Source of the DNA: an uncultured delta proteobacterium
GTDB taxonomy: Bacteria > Desulfobacterota > Desulfobacteria > Desulfobacterales > JAFDCJ01
Direction of reading: 5' to 3'
NCBI GenBank assembly: GCA_963769935.1
Contig: CAVYNY010000010.1
Location: 416,001 to 480,000 of the forward strand
DNA length: 64,000 bases
Shown here: positions 51,941-62,406 of the stretch, in pieces
Position numbering within the stretch: position 1 is the stretch's first letter
How the letters are laid out: every line of letters starts with the position of its first letter
Notes under the pieces: generated by a model
The model's input: the letters and a program-made list of their open reading frames with translations, nothing else
Told to the model about the DNA's origin: nothing
The model's database searches: none
Made by a program: the position numbers and the translations under genes

Positions 51941-52063
51941 TCTTCACATTCATTAGGAAGAGGAGAGGTCTATTTCGATCCCGCAAAGGTCAGCGAGAAA
52001 AAGATTGTTGACCGAGTAAATCAGACTGGTTTCAGAGCAAGGGTAATTGAAAAATTAAACTAA
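51941..52063 (+). pseudogene. Probable C-terminal remnant of a heavy-metal-associated (HMA) domain
   Basis: GEVYFDPAKVSEKKIVDRVNQTGFRARV*; no start or CxxC in frame. Confidence 0.4.
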
Positions 52064-52652
52064 TGCGCCCGAGAATTGTGGTCTAAGATAGATCCCGATC
52101 ATTCTTCCGGCATCTATCACATCTCACTTGCTCAGGTGTAGCCCAGCCGAAATAGGGTTTGTTTTGATTCAAAAGGTGAGAATCACTCTGCAGACAATGG
52201 CTATAAGTCCTCGGAAAATAGATTGCGGCAAAGCGAGGAATCTAATTATTATTCTTCGGTTTGGCTATCCGAAAATCTGTATCCTGGGATTGTGAGAAAG
52301 GAGTGGTTTGATTTGCGGTCTTTAAAGATTTCTTGCCTTATCTGCTATTTGGTCGAAGTGCATGTACGTCTCGTATATCTCATAATTTTACATGGTATCT
52401 AATCGATTGATAGATGGCAGTAACATTTATTTCAGTCTCCAAAACTGGCATCGACGATATCATCAATTTTTTTTCCTTGTAAAATTATAGCTGTGTCGGA
52501 GATATCAAGATTCACAACACCGGAGCTATAACTTCCCAACCCACTACACTTCAAGCCTGCGTGAGCTTTTCCTAAATCCGCATATCTTCCGGCGAAACCT
52601 CGATTTCAGTCAGAAGATACAGCATTGCGCAAATGGTATACCAAACAAGAAA

Positions 52653-52690
52653 CTTTGAACTGAGGATAGAGTCTTTGAACTGAGGATAGA
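52653..52690 (+). repeat. Tandem 18-bp duplication CTTTGAACTGAGGATAGA
   Basis: Two exact copies separated by GT. Confidence 0.8.
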
Positions 52691-53059
52691 ATGAAACTCT
52701 TAGAATAGTTTGACAAAGCAGGGCCATTCCTGACCCTGCCAAAGTTACTACCTGAAAAGGTGCCGTTATTCAAAGAGAAGATGCACGCACACCCAAGATA
52801 GCTTAAATGCCGCCCAAACGCTCCTGGCCACGGTTATGAGGCATCTCCGCTCCTAAAATAGGACAAAGCATCTAAGGCGCATGGATGTGAGCGCAGCAAT
52901 ATTGGATTTTTTCCCGGGGCGTGTCCCGGGTTGCATCGGCCGCCACCCTGCATTAAATTAGACGAAAACGAAAGAACAAGCACCGGAAATATCCGGTTTC
53001 CCCCGCGCAATGCCGAGCGCAAAGCTTATTCGAATTTAATCATAAGGGAGCAAGGATTG

Positions 53060-53797
53060 ATGCCTGAAAAGAAAAAAGTATACCGCAATGTCCGAACGGC
53101 CTTTATTGTTACGGGTCTGTTTCTCGGCGCCGTCATAGGAGTCCTTGTGTATTTCCTGGCCGCCGAAATAATCCGCGATGTGCAGCCGTTGCTTTCCGCC
53201 CCCGGGGCTTCGTATCCCCATGCCGATGCATGGCACATGGCCATAAACCTCTATCCCTACTACTGGTATACGACATTTCCGCTGATTTTGCTGTTCGCGG
53301 TGCTGGCGGCCCTGATTGCCTGGCTGTTTGTGCGGCCAAGCCTGCAAGCAGCGGCCGGCGGCAGCGGAAAGGCGGAATCCATTCCGCAGCGCGATCAGAA
53401 GGAAACCGAGCTTTCCGACCGCCGGCTTTTCCTGCATATGTTTGCTGCGATGCAGCGCGACGGCCGGCTGATGGATTTTTTGTCCGAAGATCTGGACCAG
53501 TACGAGGATGCCCAGATCGGCTCTGCCGTGCGCAACATCCATGCCGGCTGCCGGAAGGTGGTTCAAAAATACTTGGATCCGGAACCGGTCATGAAACAGG
53601 ACGAAGGCGAAACCGTGACCTTGCCGGAGGATTTCGATCCGGGGCTGATCACCTTGACCGGCAAGGTAACCGGAAAGCCGCCGTTTACCGGCATCCTGCG
53701 CCACAAAGGCTGGCAGGTCGGAAACATCGAACTGCCGAAGCTTTCGGGGCAACAAAATGCCCGCATAATCGCGCCGGCTGAGATTGAGATTGTTTGA
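53060..53797 (+). CDS. DUF2760 domain membrane protein
   Basis: QRDGRLMDFLSEDL..YEDAQIGSAVR.IH.GC, GKPPFTGILRHKGW, IAPAEIEI. Confidence 0.88.
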   Translation: MPEKKKVYRNVRTAFIVTGLFLGAVIGVLVYFLAAEIIRDVQPLLSAPGASYPHADAWHMAINLYPYYWYTTFPLILLFAVLAALIAWLFVRPSLQAAAGGSGKAESIPQRDQKETELSDRRLFLHMFAAMQRDGRLMDFLSEDLDQYEDAQIGSAVRNIHAGCRKVVQKYLDPEPVMKQDEGETVTLPEDFDPGLITLTGKVTGKPPFTGILRHKGWQVGNIELPKLSGQQNARIIAPAEIEIV

Positions 53798-53823
53798 TTT
53801 GCTGCCCCGCTGAATGAGAGGAT

Positions 53824-55617
53824 ATGATGAATACCCCCCGCTATATCGTGGGTTTGGACCTGGGCACCACCAACAGCATTTTGGCCTATGTTTCCATTTC
53901 CGGATTGGAGCAGGTCGAGCAGCCCGAGATCCAAATGCTGGAAATACCGCAGCTGGTCGGCCCCGGGACGGTTGCCGCCCAATCGATGCTGCCGTCCTTT
54001 ATCTACATGCCCGGCGAAAAAGATGTTGCAAAGGACGCGCTGGTCCTGCCCTGGACCGAATCAGCGCGGTTTTTAGTCGGAGAATATGCCCGCCGGCGCG
54101 GCGCCGAGATTCCCCAACGCCTGATTCATTCCGCCAAATCGTGGCTGTGTCATGCGGCGGTGGATCGCAATGAGCCCATTCTTCCCTGGGGAGCCTCGCC
54201 GGAGGTCGAAAAACTTTCACCGGTAGCCGCATCGGCAGCGATTCTGGACCACATCCGATGCGCCTGGAACCAGCGCATGGCCCAAGAGGATGAGAAGCTG
54301 GCACTGGAATTCCAGGACATCTACCTGACGGTGCCGGCCTCCTTCGATGCGGTCGCCAGAGAGTTGACCGCCAAGGCGGCGGAAATTGCCCAGCTGCCCA
54401 ACATCACCCTGCTGGAAGAGCCCCAGGCCGCATTTTATGCCTGGATCGCCGCATCGAAAGGCGGCTGGCGCGAAGCGATATCCGCCGGAGATCTGGTACT
54501 GGTCTGCGATATCGGCGGCGGAACCAGCGACTTCAGCCTAATCCAGGTTACGGAATCGGACGGCGCCCTGGCGCTGGAACGAATCGCCGTGGGAAGTCAC
54601 CTGTTGGTCGGCGGCGACAACATGGACCTTGCCTTGGCGTATGCAGTCGCCGAGCGGTTGAAAGCAAAGGGGGTGCGACTGGATTCGTGGCAGATGCGCG
54701 CGCTCTGGAACCGCTGCCGGGACGCCAAGGAAACGCTTCTGGAAAATTCCGAGCATGAATCGGTGCCGGTCTCCATTCTGGGCCGCAGCAGCAGCGTCAT
54801 CGGCGGAACCCGCAGGATAGATTTGGAGCGAAGCATTGTTGAGCAGGTGATCCTGGATGGATTCTTCCCCCTTTGTCCGCCGACAGCGCGCCCTGAAATA
54901 ATTCCGCGCACCGGTCTCCGGGAAATCGGGCTGACCTATGAATCCGATCCGGCCGTCACCCGCCACCTGGCCCATTTCGTCAGCCGGCAGTCCGAGGCCG
55001 CCCCGAAGTTTCCCACGGCGGTCTTGTTCAATGGCGGCGTCATGAAAGCGCCCGCGATACGCAATCGGGTGGTCGAGGTGCTTTCAGCATGGCAGCAAGG
55101 CAGCGCACCGCATGTTCTGGAGTCGGCGAGCCTCGACCTCGCCGTGGCCAGGGGTGCGGCCTATTACGGCCTCGCACGGCGGGGGCGCGGTGTTCGGATT
55201 CGCAGCGGGCTGAATCAAGCTTATTATATCGGCATCGCCGCAGCGCTGCCGGCAGTGCCGGGCATGCCACCGCCGATCAAAGCATTGTGCGTGGCGCCGT
55301 TCGGTATGGAGGAGGGCTCGGAAACCGAGCCTACCGAGCGCATCTTCAATCTCGTCGTCGGAGAAAAGGCCAAATTCGAATTTCTCGGTTCCCCGGCGCG
55401 CACCGAAGACACCATGGGCGTGGTCATCGAGGATTGGGAGCAGGACATCGAACCCATCACCACCGTGGAAACCACCCTGGAAGGAGATCCGGGAGCCGTC
55501 ATCCCGGTCTCGATCCAGGTCCGGCTCACCGAAGTGGGCACCCTGGAGCTGTGGTGCGTTTCCCGCAAGGACGGCAAACGCTGGAAACTCGAGTTCAACG
55601 TACGGGTAAAATTATGA
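53824..55617 (+). CDS. Hsp70-family (DnaK-like) protein
   Basis: GLDLGTTNS, TVPASFD, EEPQAA, DIGGGTSD, VARGAAYYG. Confidence 0.92.
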   Translation: MMNTPRYIVGLDLGTTNSILAYVSISGLEQVEQPEIQMLEIPQLVGPGTVAAQSMLPSFIYMPGEKDVAKDALVLPWTESARFLVGEYARRRGAEIPQRLIHSAKSWLCHAAVDRNEPILPWGASPEVEKLSPVAASAAILDHIRCAWNQRMAQEDEKLALEFQDIYLTVPASFDAVARELTAKAAEIAQLPNITLLEEPQAAFYAWIAASKGGWREAISAGDLVLVCDIGGGTSDFSLIQVTESDGALALERIAVGSHLLVGGDNMDLALAYAVAERLKAKGVRLDSWQMRALWNRCRDAKETLLENSEHESVPVSILGRSSSVIGGTRRIDLERSIVEQVILDGFFPLCPPTARPEIIPRTGLREIGLTYESDPAVTRHLAHFVSRQSEAAPKFPTAVLFNGGVMKAPAIRNRVVEVLSAWQQGSAPHVLESASLDLAVARGAAYYGLARRGRGVRIRSGLNQAYYIGIAAALPAVPGMPPPIKALCVAPFGMEEGSETEPTERIFNLVVGEKAKFEFLGSPARTEDTMGVVIEDWEQDIEPITTVETTLEGDPGAVIPVSIQVRLTEVGTLELWCVSRKDGKRWKLEFNVRVKL

Positions 55618-58394
55618 CCATCGGACTGAAAGACCGCCGCTTTATCGTCGGCATCGACCTGGGAACCACCAACTGCGAGGTTTCGTTTCTCGATACCGAA
55701 ACCGCAGGCCTGAAGGCAGGCAGCATTCGCAGCTTTCCCATTGCCCAGCTGGTTGCAGCCGGCGAGGTGTCGTCAGCACCGGTGCTGCCCTCTTTTTTGT
55801 ATCTGCCCGGCGAATACGACATTTCCCGCGAGGCCGTCGTCCGCCTCTGGGATGGCGCGGACAGCCGTTTTGCCGGCATTTTTGCCCGTGATCACGGTTC
55901 CGGAGTTCCGGAGCGCCTGGTATCGTCCGCCAAAAGCTGGCTATGCCACGCCGCGGCCGATCGCCGCGCTAAAATTCTACCCTGGGGATCGGGCGGGGAC
56001 GTGCCCAAGGTGTCGCCGGTAACGGCCTCGGCCGCCTATCTCGAACATATTCGCAGGGTCTGGAACACGTTTTGGGGCGGAGATGAAACGCTGCATCTCG
56101 AAAACCAGCTGGTAATCATAACCGTGCCGGCCTCTTTCGACGAAGTTGCCCGCGAGCTGACCCTGGAAGCTGCCAAGCTGGCTGGCATGGGCGACATCAT
56201 TCTGCTCGAAGAGCCGTTGGCCGCCTTCTACAGCTGGCTGATGCGCCATGAAAAGAACTGGCGGGATTCGGTGCAGCCGGGCGAAATGATCCTGGTCTGC
56301 GACGTCGGAGGGGGGACCACCGACTTTACCCTCATCGTGTTGCAGGAGCATGACGGCGGCCCCCGATTTGAAAGGATTGCGGTAGGCGATCACCTGATCC
56401 TCGGCGGGGACAATATCGACCTGGCCTTGGCCCGCCGGGTCGAAACCCGCTTGGGCGGGGCCCGACGCAGCATGAGCACCCGCCGCTGGAAGGAGCTGTG
56501 CCATCAATGCCGCCGGGCGAAGGAGTCTCTTTTGAGCGGCGAGAAACAAGCCTTTACCATCACCATGGTGGGAAAAGGCGGCAAACTGATTGCCGACACT
56601 CTCACGGCCGTGCTCGATCGGCAGGAGGTGGCCGAGCTGGTGCTCGAAGGCTTTTTCCCGCTGGTCGAGTCATCGCTGCCGGCCGGCCCGGACAGCCGCA
56701 AGGGGATTACGGAATTCGGCCTGCCCTACGAACAGGAACCGGCCATCACCAGACACCTGCTTTGGTTTCTCAACCGGCACACTGAGGACGTCCACCGCAG
56801 TCTGAATCGCAGCAAGCCGCTGCCGAACTGGATTTTGTGCAACGGCGGTTCGCTGAAACCCGAAATTGTTCAACAGCGGATTCAAGCCGCCGTTGGACGC
56901 GGTTTTCAGGTCGAGGATTCTTCGATCCCGCAGATGCTGGAAAATCCGGATTTGGACAATGCTGTGTCCCTTGGGGCGACCTATTACGGGCTTGTTAAAA
57001 TCGGACAGGGGGTGAAAGTCGGCAGTGGAAGCCCCAGAGCGTACTATCTCGAAGTGGCCCGCCCTGAAGACGCCGCCCAAACTGCCCCACAGGCGGTCTG
57101 CGTCGTGGAGCGGGGACTGGAAGAAGGCAGCGCGATAAGCATGGAAAACCGGTCTTTTGAAGTGTTGACCAATCAGCCGGTCAGCTTCAACCTTTACAGT
57201 TCGAGTTACCGCAGCGGCGACCGGCACGGTGAGGTGGTCACGATCGACGATTCCCTGAGGCCCCTGCCGCCGCTGCAGACAGTTGTTCAGTTCGGCAAAA
57301 AAGGCGTGCAAAGGACCCTGCCGATCCGGATCGAAGCTGAATTTACGGAAATCGGGACGCTGGCGCTGCGCTGCCGCTCACAGATCAGCGATCACCGCTG
57401 GAAGCTTGGATTTCAGCTGCGAAACGAACCTCAGACAGCCGGGGTGGCCGACGACCAGATTCTGGATGCCGACACCATTGCCGTTGCCCAGCGGCATGTG
57501 CACCGGGTTCTGACGGAAAGCGACAAACAGCCGGTGGAAAAATTGCTCGTCGACATCTCCGGGCTGGTGGAGCTGCCCCGCGACGACTGGCCGCTGAGTC
57601 TCATCCGTTCCCTGGCCGACGAGCTGCTGAGCCTGAACGGTGTCCGGCAAACAAGCCCGGTTCATGAAAGCGGCTGGATGAATCTGCTGGGGTTTTGTCT
57701 GCGCCCGGGCATCGGGGAGAGCTTCGACGAACAGCGTGTCGGCCGTCTCTGGAAACACTACCTGAACGGTCCGGAATATTCCAGACACACCCGCGTCCGG
57801 CTGGAATGGTGGATTTTGTGGCGCAGGATCGCCGCCGGCCTGAATGCCGGCCAGCAGCATCATTTTTTTCAAAATGTGTCCGCCGCCCTTTTCGACAACA
57901 AAGGCAAGGCGCCCAAAACCTCGGCTCAGGAGCGACTGGAAATCTGGATGGCGGTCGCCAACATGGAAAAGCTCGATCCCGCGGAAAAAATCGCTCTGGG
58001 ACAACAGCTGATAAAAGCGACCTCTCCTAAAAAAATCAAACCCCAGCACCTATGGGCCCTTTCCCGGCTGGGGGCGCGGGAGCTGCTGTATGGACCGATC
58101 AATCGGGTCATTCCGCCCGAGGAGACGGCCGGCTGGATCGAATGGCTGCTTGAATTCGAACGCTCCAACCCCGTTACCATTGCCCGCGCAGTTTCGCAGA
58201 TGGCCCGCAAAACCAACGATCGGGCGCGCGACCTGGATGATAAGATGCGCTCCCGGGTGCTGGCCTGGATGCACGACCATGAGCTGCCTACGAACCTGAT
58301 CGATCCGGTTCGCAAAGTCCTGCCCCTGGAACGTCAGGATCAGAAGGCCATGTTCGGTGAGTCGCTGCCTTCAGGCATCATCTTGAAAGAATAA
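55614..58394 (+). CDS. Hsp70-family protein with C-terminal DUF3731-like extension
   Basis: ATGA-coupled start; GIDLGTTN, DVGGGTTD; C-terminal LLGFCLRPG.G, WWILWRRIAAGL, LWALSRLGAR..LYG, FGESLPSG. Confidence 0.9.
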   Translation: MTIGLKDRRFIVGIDLGTTNCEVSFLDTETAGLKAGSIRSFPIAQLVAAGEVSSAPVLPSFLYLPGEYDISREAVVRLWDGADSRFAGIFARDHGSGVPERLVSSAKSWLCHAAADRRAKILPWGSGGDVPKVSPVTASAAYLEHIRRVWNTFWGGDETLHLENQLVIITVPASFDEVARELTLEAAKLAGMGDIILLEEPLAAFYSWLMRHEKNWRDSVQPGEMILVCDVGGGTTDFTLIVLQEHDGGPRFERIAVGDHLILGGDNIDLALARRVETRLGGARRSMSTRRWKELCHQCRRAKESLLSGEKQAFTITMVGKGGKLIADTLTAVLDRQEVAELVLEGFFPLVESSLPAGPDSRKGITEFGLPYEQEPAITRHLLWFLNRHTEDVHRSLNRSKPLPNWILCNGGSLKPEIVQQRIQAAVGRGFQVEDSSIPQMLENPDLDNAVSLGATYYGLVKIGQGVKVGSGSPRAYYLEVARPEDAAQTAPQAVCVVERGLEEGSAISMENRSFEVLTNQPVSFNLYSSSYRSGDRHGEVVTIDDSLRPLPPLQTVVQFGKKGVQRTLPIRIEAEFTEIGTLALRCRSQISDHRWKLGFQLRNEPQTAGVADDQILDADTIAVAQRHVHRVLTESDKQPVEKLLVDISGLVELPRDDWPLSLIRSLADELLSLNGVRQTSPVHESGWMNLLGFCLRPGIGESFDEQRVGRLWKHYLNGPEYSRHTRVRLEWWILWRRIAAGLNAGQQHHFFQNVSAALFDNKGKAPKTSAQERLEIWMAVANMEKLDPAEKIALGQQLIKATSPKKIKPQHLWALSRLGARELLYGPINRVIPPEETAGWIEWLLEFERSNPVTIARAVSQMARKTNDRARDLDDKMRSRVLAWMHDHELPTNLIDPVRKVLPLERQDQKAMFGESLPSGIILKE

Positions 58395-58695
58395 AAGAGG
58401 TTGTGAGCTTAAAGGCTTGGGGCTTCGATCCCACATCGGATCTAAAAAAACGAACGGACGTTTCTCTTGGCACCGGTTGGGGCCTGACCGCCCCGACAGG
58501 TGTTCCCTCGACCTCCAGCGGCATGGAGGGGTTTACGTATCAGCCGCGAACGGAAGGAGTCTATTGACTCCACGGTAGCCAGGTATTACCTTACAATTAC
58601 GTTCTTTCCATTCCGACAGTGCTCGAAAGCGTGAAGATGCGGTAGGCGTCTGTTTCGCGCCTCCCCTATGCTTCGGTGAGAAGGGAGCGGGAAAA

Positions 58696-60972
58696 ATGCC
58701 CGGACCTGGTATTCACATCAGCGTGATGCGGCACGTGGCCAAGGCCCTCGCTGAGTCAGGCTACACGCCGACGCGAAGCCAACGGATCGATCCCCGATGG
58801 ACGGGTGCGAACGCCGCTCAGCTCGGTCGCATCATGCGCGAGCACGATAACTTCGCGGCTCTGGGCGCGCACGGACCAGACCTCTTCTTCCTCCTGCCCG
58901 ACTTCCGGGACGCCGACGGCATCCCCGTCTCGAGCGTCCTCACCATTGTCCTGGAATTCCTCGAAGGCCTGTATGACACCCTCGATCCCTACATCTCGAA
59001 ATGGGAGCACTATCTCGGGCCCATCAGCGAGGACACGGCGGAGGAGATCAGCCGCCTGACTGGAGGTCTCTCCGAAACTCTCGGCGACATCTCCGGCGAG
59101 CTCGCCGGCATCCTGACGACGGCCCTCGAGGACTTCGTCACGGGGCAGGCCGATCTTTGGGAATTTTTCTCACTCGGACACAACAAGGGTTACGACGACC
59201 AGGCGTTCTTCTGGTCCGACATCGGCCACTATCGACGAACCGGGGCCTTCGCCCGCGCCCTGTGGGATCACGCCAACGGCGATATGGCCGACGATGGCCT
59301 GCGCGCCTACACCCTCGGCTACATGACACACATTGGGGCGGATACCACCGCGCACTCGTTCGTGAACTCGATCAGCGGGGGCCCGTTCCGGACTCATTGG
59401 CAGCGGCACCACCTGGTCGAGAATCACATGGACGCGCTCTGGTACCTTCACGACGATCTGGGACCGAAGTCAGGCGATCAGTACCCGCAATTCACCGAGT
59501 CGGCATTGTACTATGACCTCGCCTTTGATGACGACGGTGGCGTCATCCCTCGCCCCTCCTACCCTACCGGCGGCACGCTCCGCGAGAACTGGGAGCGCGC
59601 TCGCAAGCTCGACATCGATTCGGAGCTGCCCGATTCGATCGCGGAGCTGCTGCTGAAAGCGATCGAGGATGTGTACTACGGGCCGGACGGATCTCACCCG
59701 AAGATCTTGCGCGGCGCCGACGGGCGGCCGACGGCAGAGCAGATCGCCGAGGCATATCGGTTGTGGATCCGGCTCCTGAAACTCGTCACCGTGGATGGGT
59801 TCTCACACGAGCCGCCCCCGCCTCCCGATGTCTTTCCGAACCTCGACTTTCCCACTCCGAGTGACCCCAACGACGACCCGCCGGATGGCGACGACAACAG
59901 TTGGTGGGACGACATCTTGGACTTCATCCTGTCGGTGATCGCGGTAATCGCATACATCCTTGAGGTGATCGCCTATCTGGCGACACTCCCGTGGGCGGTC
60001 CTTGCCGACGTCATTACTTACCCGTTCAGGCTCGCCCTCTACTACGCCCTGGAGCTTCCCCTGTTCCACATGCTCAAGGCCTTCCGCTCGGTGTTGGTCA
60101 TGACAGGGTATTTCCATCCAATGGAGGACGAGATCCGCCTCGGGCTGGTTCGGGTCGGCGATCAGGACAAGGTGAGTGTCCAAGCGCTGAACAACGACAT
60201 CAGCGATGTCTTCGGGGGCTTGACACCTCCCGAGGAGGAGCGGGTGATGTTCCGGGATCCGGCGTACCCGTATGCTCACGCCGAGGACGAGTTTCACCAT
60301 CCGTGGGACTACCCCGACCCGAGCGTTCCGACCGAGCGCTGCCCGACCACGGCAGGTCCGTGGGCCAGGCACGACGGTCCGGACGCGTTGTTCGCCGACG
60401 CTGACCAGGATCCCGCGATCCGTGACGGTCTCGAGTCGGCCGATGGTCCCCTCGCGGCTGACACCGTGGGGCTCTCGGTCGGTCCGCAGAACAACCTGGG
60501 CGACTCTGTGGCGTTCTGCAAGTACCTCATCTGGCTGACGACGCGAGATCCAAAACAGAAAAAAGGCCGAGATCCCGAGCTCGTGGACTGGAACCTCGAC
60601 GCTGACCGCGGCTACGGCTATCACGACTGGGACTGGAATCGCGACCCCAGCCTGCCGACCGTCGACGACCCCGAGGGCAACCCGTTCCACCAACCCTGCA
60701 CATGGCCATCACAGGCGGAGTCGCCGCCGACGCCGTACGACCCGAATATCCCGCTGAAGCTTCACTGGACTGGACCGGGACTCGACGACCCAGGGTGCCG
60801 CGTGGACAGCACTTGTGCCGGTGCCGGCCCTGTCATCCTGCGGGTCCGCCCGGACACACGGCCGCGCCCGGGGAGGACCAGGCCCGTAGGCCCGCGCCTT
60901 CGCGCTTCGAAACCAGCGCCCAGGTCCCGCCGCCGGCCGGCCGGTGAGGCGAGCGGAGGAGGCTCGAAATGA
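58696..60972 (+). CDS. Zinc-dependent phospholipase C / S1-P1-fold domain protein (758 aa)
   Basis: MPG..IH, GAHGPDLFF, DIGHY, GYMTHIGADTTAH, HHLVE metal-ligand pattern; GC-rich. Confidence 0.75.
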   Translation: MPGPGIHISVMRHVAKALAESGYTPTRSQRIDPRWTGANAAQLGRIMREHDNFAALGAHGPDLFFLLPDFRDADGIPVSSVLTIVLEFLEGLYDTLDPYISKWEHYLGPISEDTAEEISRLTGGLSETLGDISGELAGILTTALEDFVTGQADLWEFFSLGHNKGYDDQAFFWSDIGHYRRTGAFARALWDHANGDMADDGLRAYTLGYMTHIGADTTAHSFVNSISGGPFRTHWQRHHLVENHMDALWYLHDDLGPKSGDQYPQFTESALYYDLAFDDDGGVIPRPSYPTGGTLRENWERARKLDIDSELPDSIAELLLKAIEDVYYGPDGSHPKILRGADGRPTAEQIAEAYRLWIRLLKLVTVDGFSHEPPPPPDVFPNLDFPTPSDPNDDPPDGDDNSWWDDILDFILSVIAVIAYILEVIAYLATLPWAVLADVITYPFRLALYYALELPLFHMLKAFRSVLVMTGYFHPMEDEIRLGLVRVGDQDKVSVQALNNDISDVFGGLTPPEEERVMFRDPAYPYAHAEDEFHHPWDYPDPSVPTERCPTTAGPWARHDGPDALFADADQDPAIRDGLESADGPLAADTVGLSVGPQNNLGDSVAFCKYLIWLTTRDPKQKKGRDPELVDWNLDADRGYGYHDWDWNRDPSLPTVDDPEGNPFHQPCTWPSQAESPPTPYDPNIPLKLHWTGPGLDDPGCRVDSTCAGAGPVILRVRPDTRPRPGRTRPVGPRLRASKPAPRSRRRPAGEASGGGSK

Positions 60973-62282
60973 GGTACCGGAGGAAGCGCAAGGATCGCTT
61001 GTGCTGCTGCGCCTGTCACGGAGGCACAAAGCTGCATGCAACGGACACGTGCGATTGTGGACAGCCGATCTGTCCCCCGGGCCGGCCACCCAAACCCGAG
61101 CCGTGTCCACCTCCACCCACCCGACCGCAACCGGGGACAGTCGACCTACCACACCCCGAGCCGCCCACGATCCCGACGGGGCCGGTGCCACCATGGGGAG
61201 AGGGCAAACCGCCAGCTGGTGACCCTGGGCAGATCCCGTGGTTCCGTGGTGTCATAAGCGATTTCGGGCGCAAGGGTCCGAGATTCGGCCCGCGTAAGGA
61301 CGAGTTCCTGCCATACTTATTTGTGAGGGCAGCGTCCGGCGACCGAGGCGCACGGCCGTTCAGTGGCGTGTTCTGGGAGTCGCCGGACATCTTCGTCGCG
61401 GCCGGGCAGCGAGCTGACTCCGCACCGCTCTTCCCACCTACCGGCGCCGGTATCGCCACTGCGGCAGCTCCGAATACGCTCTATGCGCACGTCTGGAACC
61501 TGGGCAAGGCGCCTGCCTACCGGGTCCGAGTGGAGTTCTATTGGTTCAATCCGTCGCTCGGAATCGGCCGGGCCGACGCCAACCTGATCGGGGCGGCGTG
61601 GGTGGATCTCGCCAACCGCTTCACGCTGTACCCGCAGTGGGAGCAACGGACGGGCCCCGACGGCAATGCGTACGTCACACGCGGGTGCCACGCGATCGTT
61701 CGCTGCCCGCAGACCTGGATCTCGCTGTTCGAGAACGGTGGCCACGAGTGCCTGGTGGTGCGTGCGTTCGAGCCGATGATGGACGCCATTCCGCCCGACC
61801 AGTTCTCCGCGACCGCGGACCGGCATGTGGCCCAGCGAAACATCGCGGTAGTCCAGGCGGCCTCGCCGGCGGGGCTCGACCTGCCGCTCGATCTCGGCTA
61901 CCCGAACACGCCGTCTGATGCCGAGGTAGACCTCCAAATCGATGCTCCCGCCTCCATGGAATGGCTCAAGGCCTACACCGGCAGGCCGAACCCCGGCCTG
62001 GTGAGCCCGGGACTCCCGGTGATCGCGGGGTTCCTCCCGCCGAGTGTTCCAGCAGCCCGGCGGCTCGTTCTGCAAGATCTCCCGCAGGAAGCCCGGGCCT
62101 CGCTGCTGCGTCCCAGGGAACGGTTCGAGCGTGCATGCTGCCCGCTCCGCGTCCAATTCCATGCCAGCGTCAGCGACCTGAAGCACGGCGAGGCCCAGGT
62201 ACTCCGACTGCGACAGCGGGTGCAGGGCGAGATCCTCGGCGGGTATTCCGTCGTCCTGCTCGCGGCCGGGTCAGGGCCATGA
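60969..62282 (+). CDS. Hypothetical protein with Cys/Pro-rich N-terminus and beta-sandwich-like domain
   Basis: ATGA overlap; CCCACH..CDC..C, PxPP runs, WESPDIFV, NTLYAHVWNLG, GHECLVV, AQRNI. Confidence 0.75.
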   Translation: MRYRRKRKDRLCCCACHGGTKLHATDTCDCGQPICPPGRPPKPEPCPPPPTRPQPGTVDLPHPEPPTIPTGPVPPWGEGKPPAGDPGQIPWFRGVISDFGRKGPRFGPRKDEFLPYLFVRAASGDRGARPFSGVFWESPDIFVAAGQRADSAPLFPPTGAGIATAAAPNTLYAHVWNLGKAPAYRVRVEFYWFNPSLGIGRADANLIGAAWVDLANRFTLYPQWEQRTGPDGNAYVTRGCHAIVRCPQTWISLFENGGHECLVVRAFEPMMDAIPPDQFSATADRHVAQRNIAVVQAASPAGLDLPLDLGYPNTPSDAEVDLQIDAPASMEWLKAYTGRPNPGLVSPGLPVIAGFLPPSVPAARRLVLQDLPQEARASLLRPRERFERACCPLRVQFHASVSDLKHGEAQVLRLRQRVQGEILGGYSVVLLAAGSGP

Positions 62283-62289
62283 ATAAGGT

Positions 62290-62406
62290 TGTACCGACGT
62301 TTCCAAGGCTATGGGCATCAGTGCGGTGACGGTGGATAAAGCGGTTAGTCTGAATGTTGATTTACCGGAGGTTTACCAAATTCAAAAACAGATGCCGGAC
62401 ATCTAA
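62290..62406 (+). pseudogene. Possible C-terminal HTH remnant of a REP-associated (RAYT-like) transposase
   Basis: CTDVSKAMGISAVTVDKAVSL...QIQKQMPDI*, followed by ACGGACGTCCCC. Confidence 0.4.

Noticed and set aside
52653..52690. CRISPR array (also considered for 38548..38590)
   Set aside because: Only two short adjacent copies, no spacers, no cas genes
55089..55613. 175-aa N-terminal extension of the second Hsp70 in the ORF track
   Set aside because: Overlaps the first Hsp70 out of frame; homology begins at ATG 55614
59803..62186. Long antisense ORFs (296 aa, 289 aa) in the GC-rich island
   Set aside because: Shadow ORFs expected from high GC3 on the sense strand
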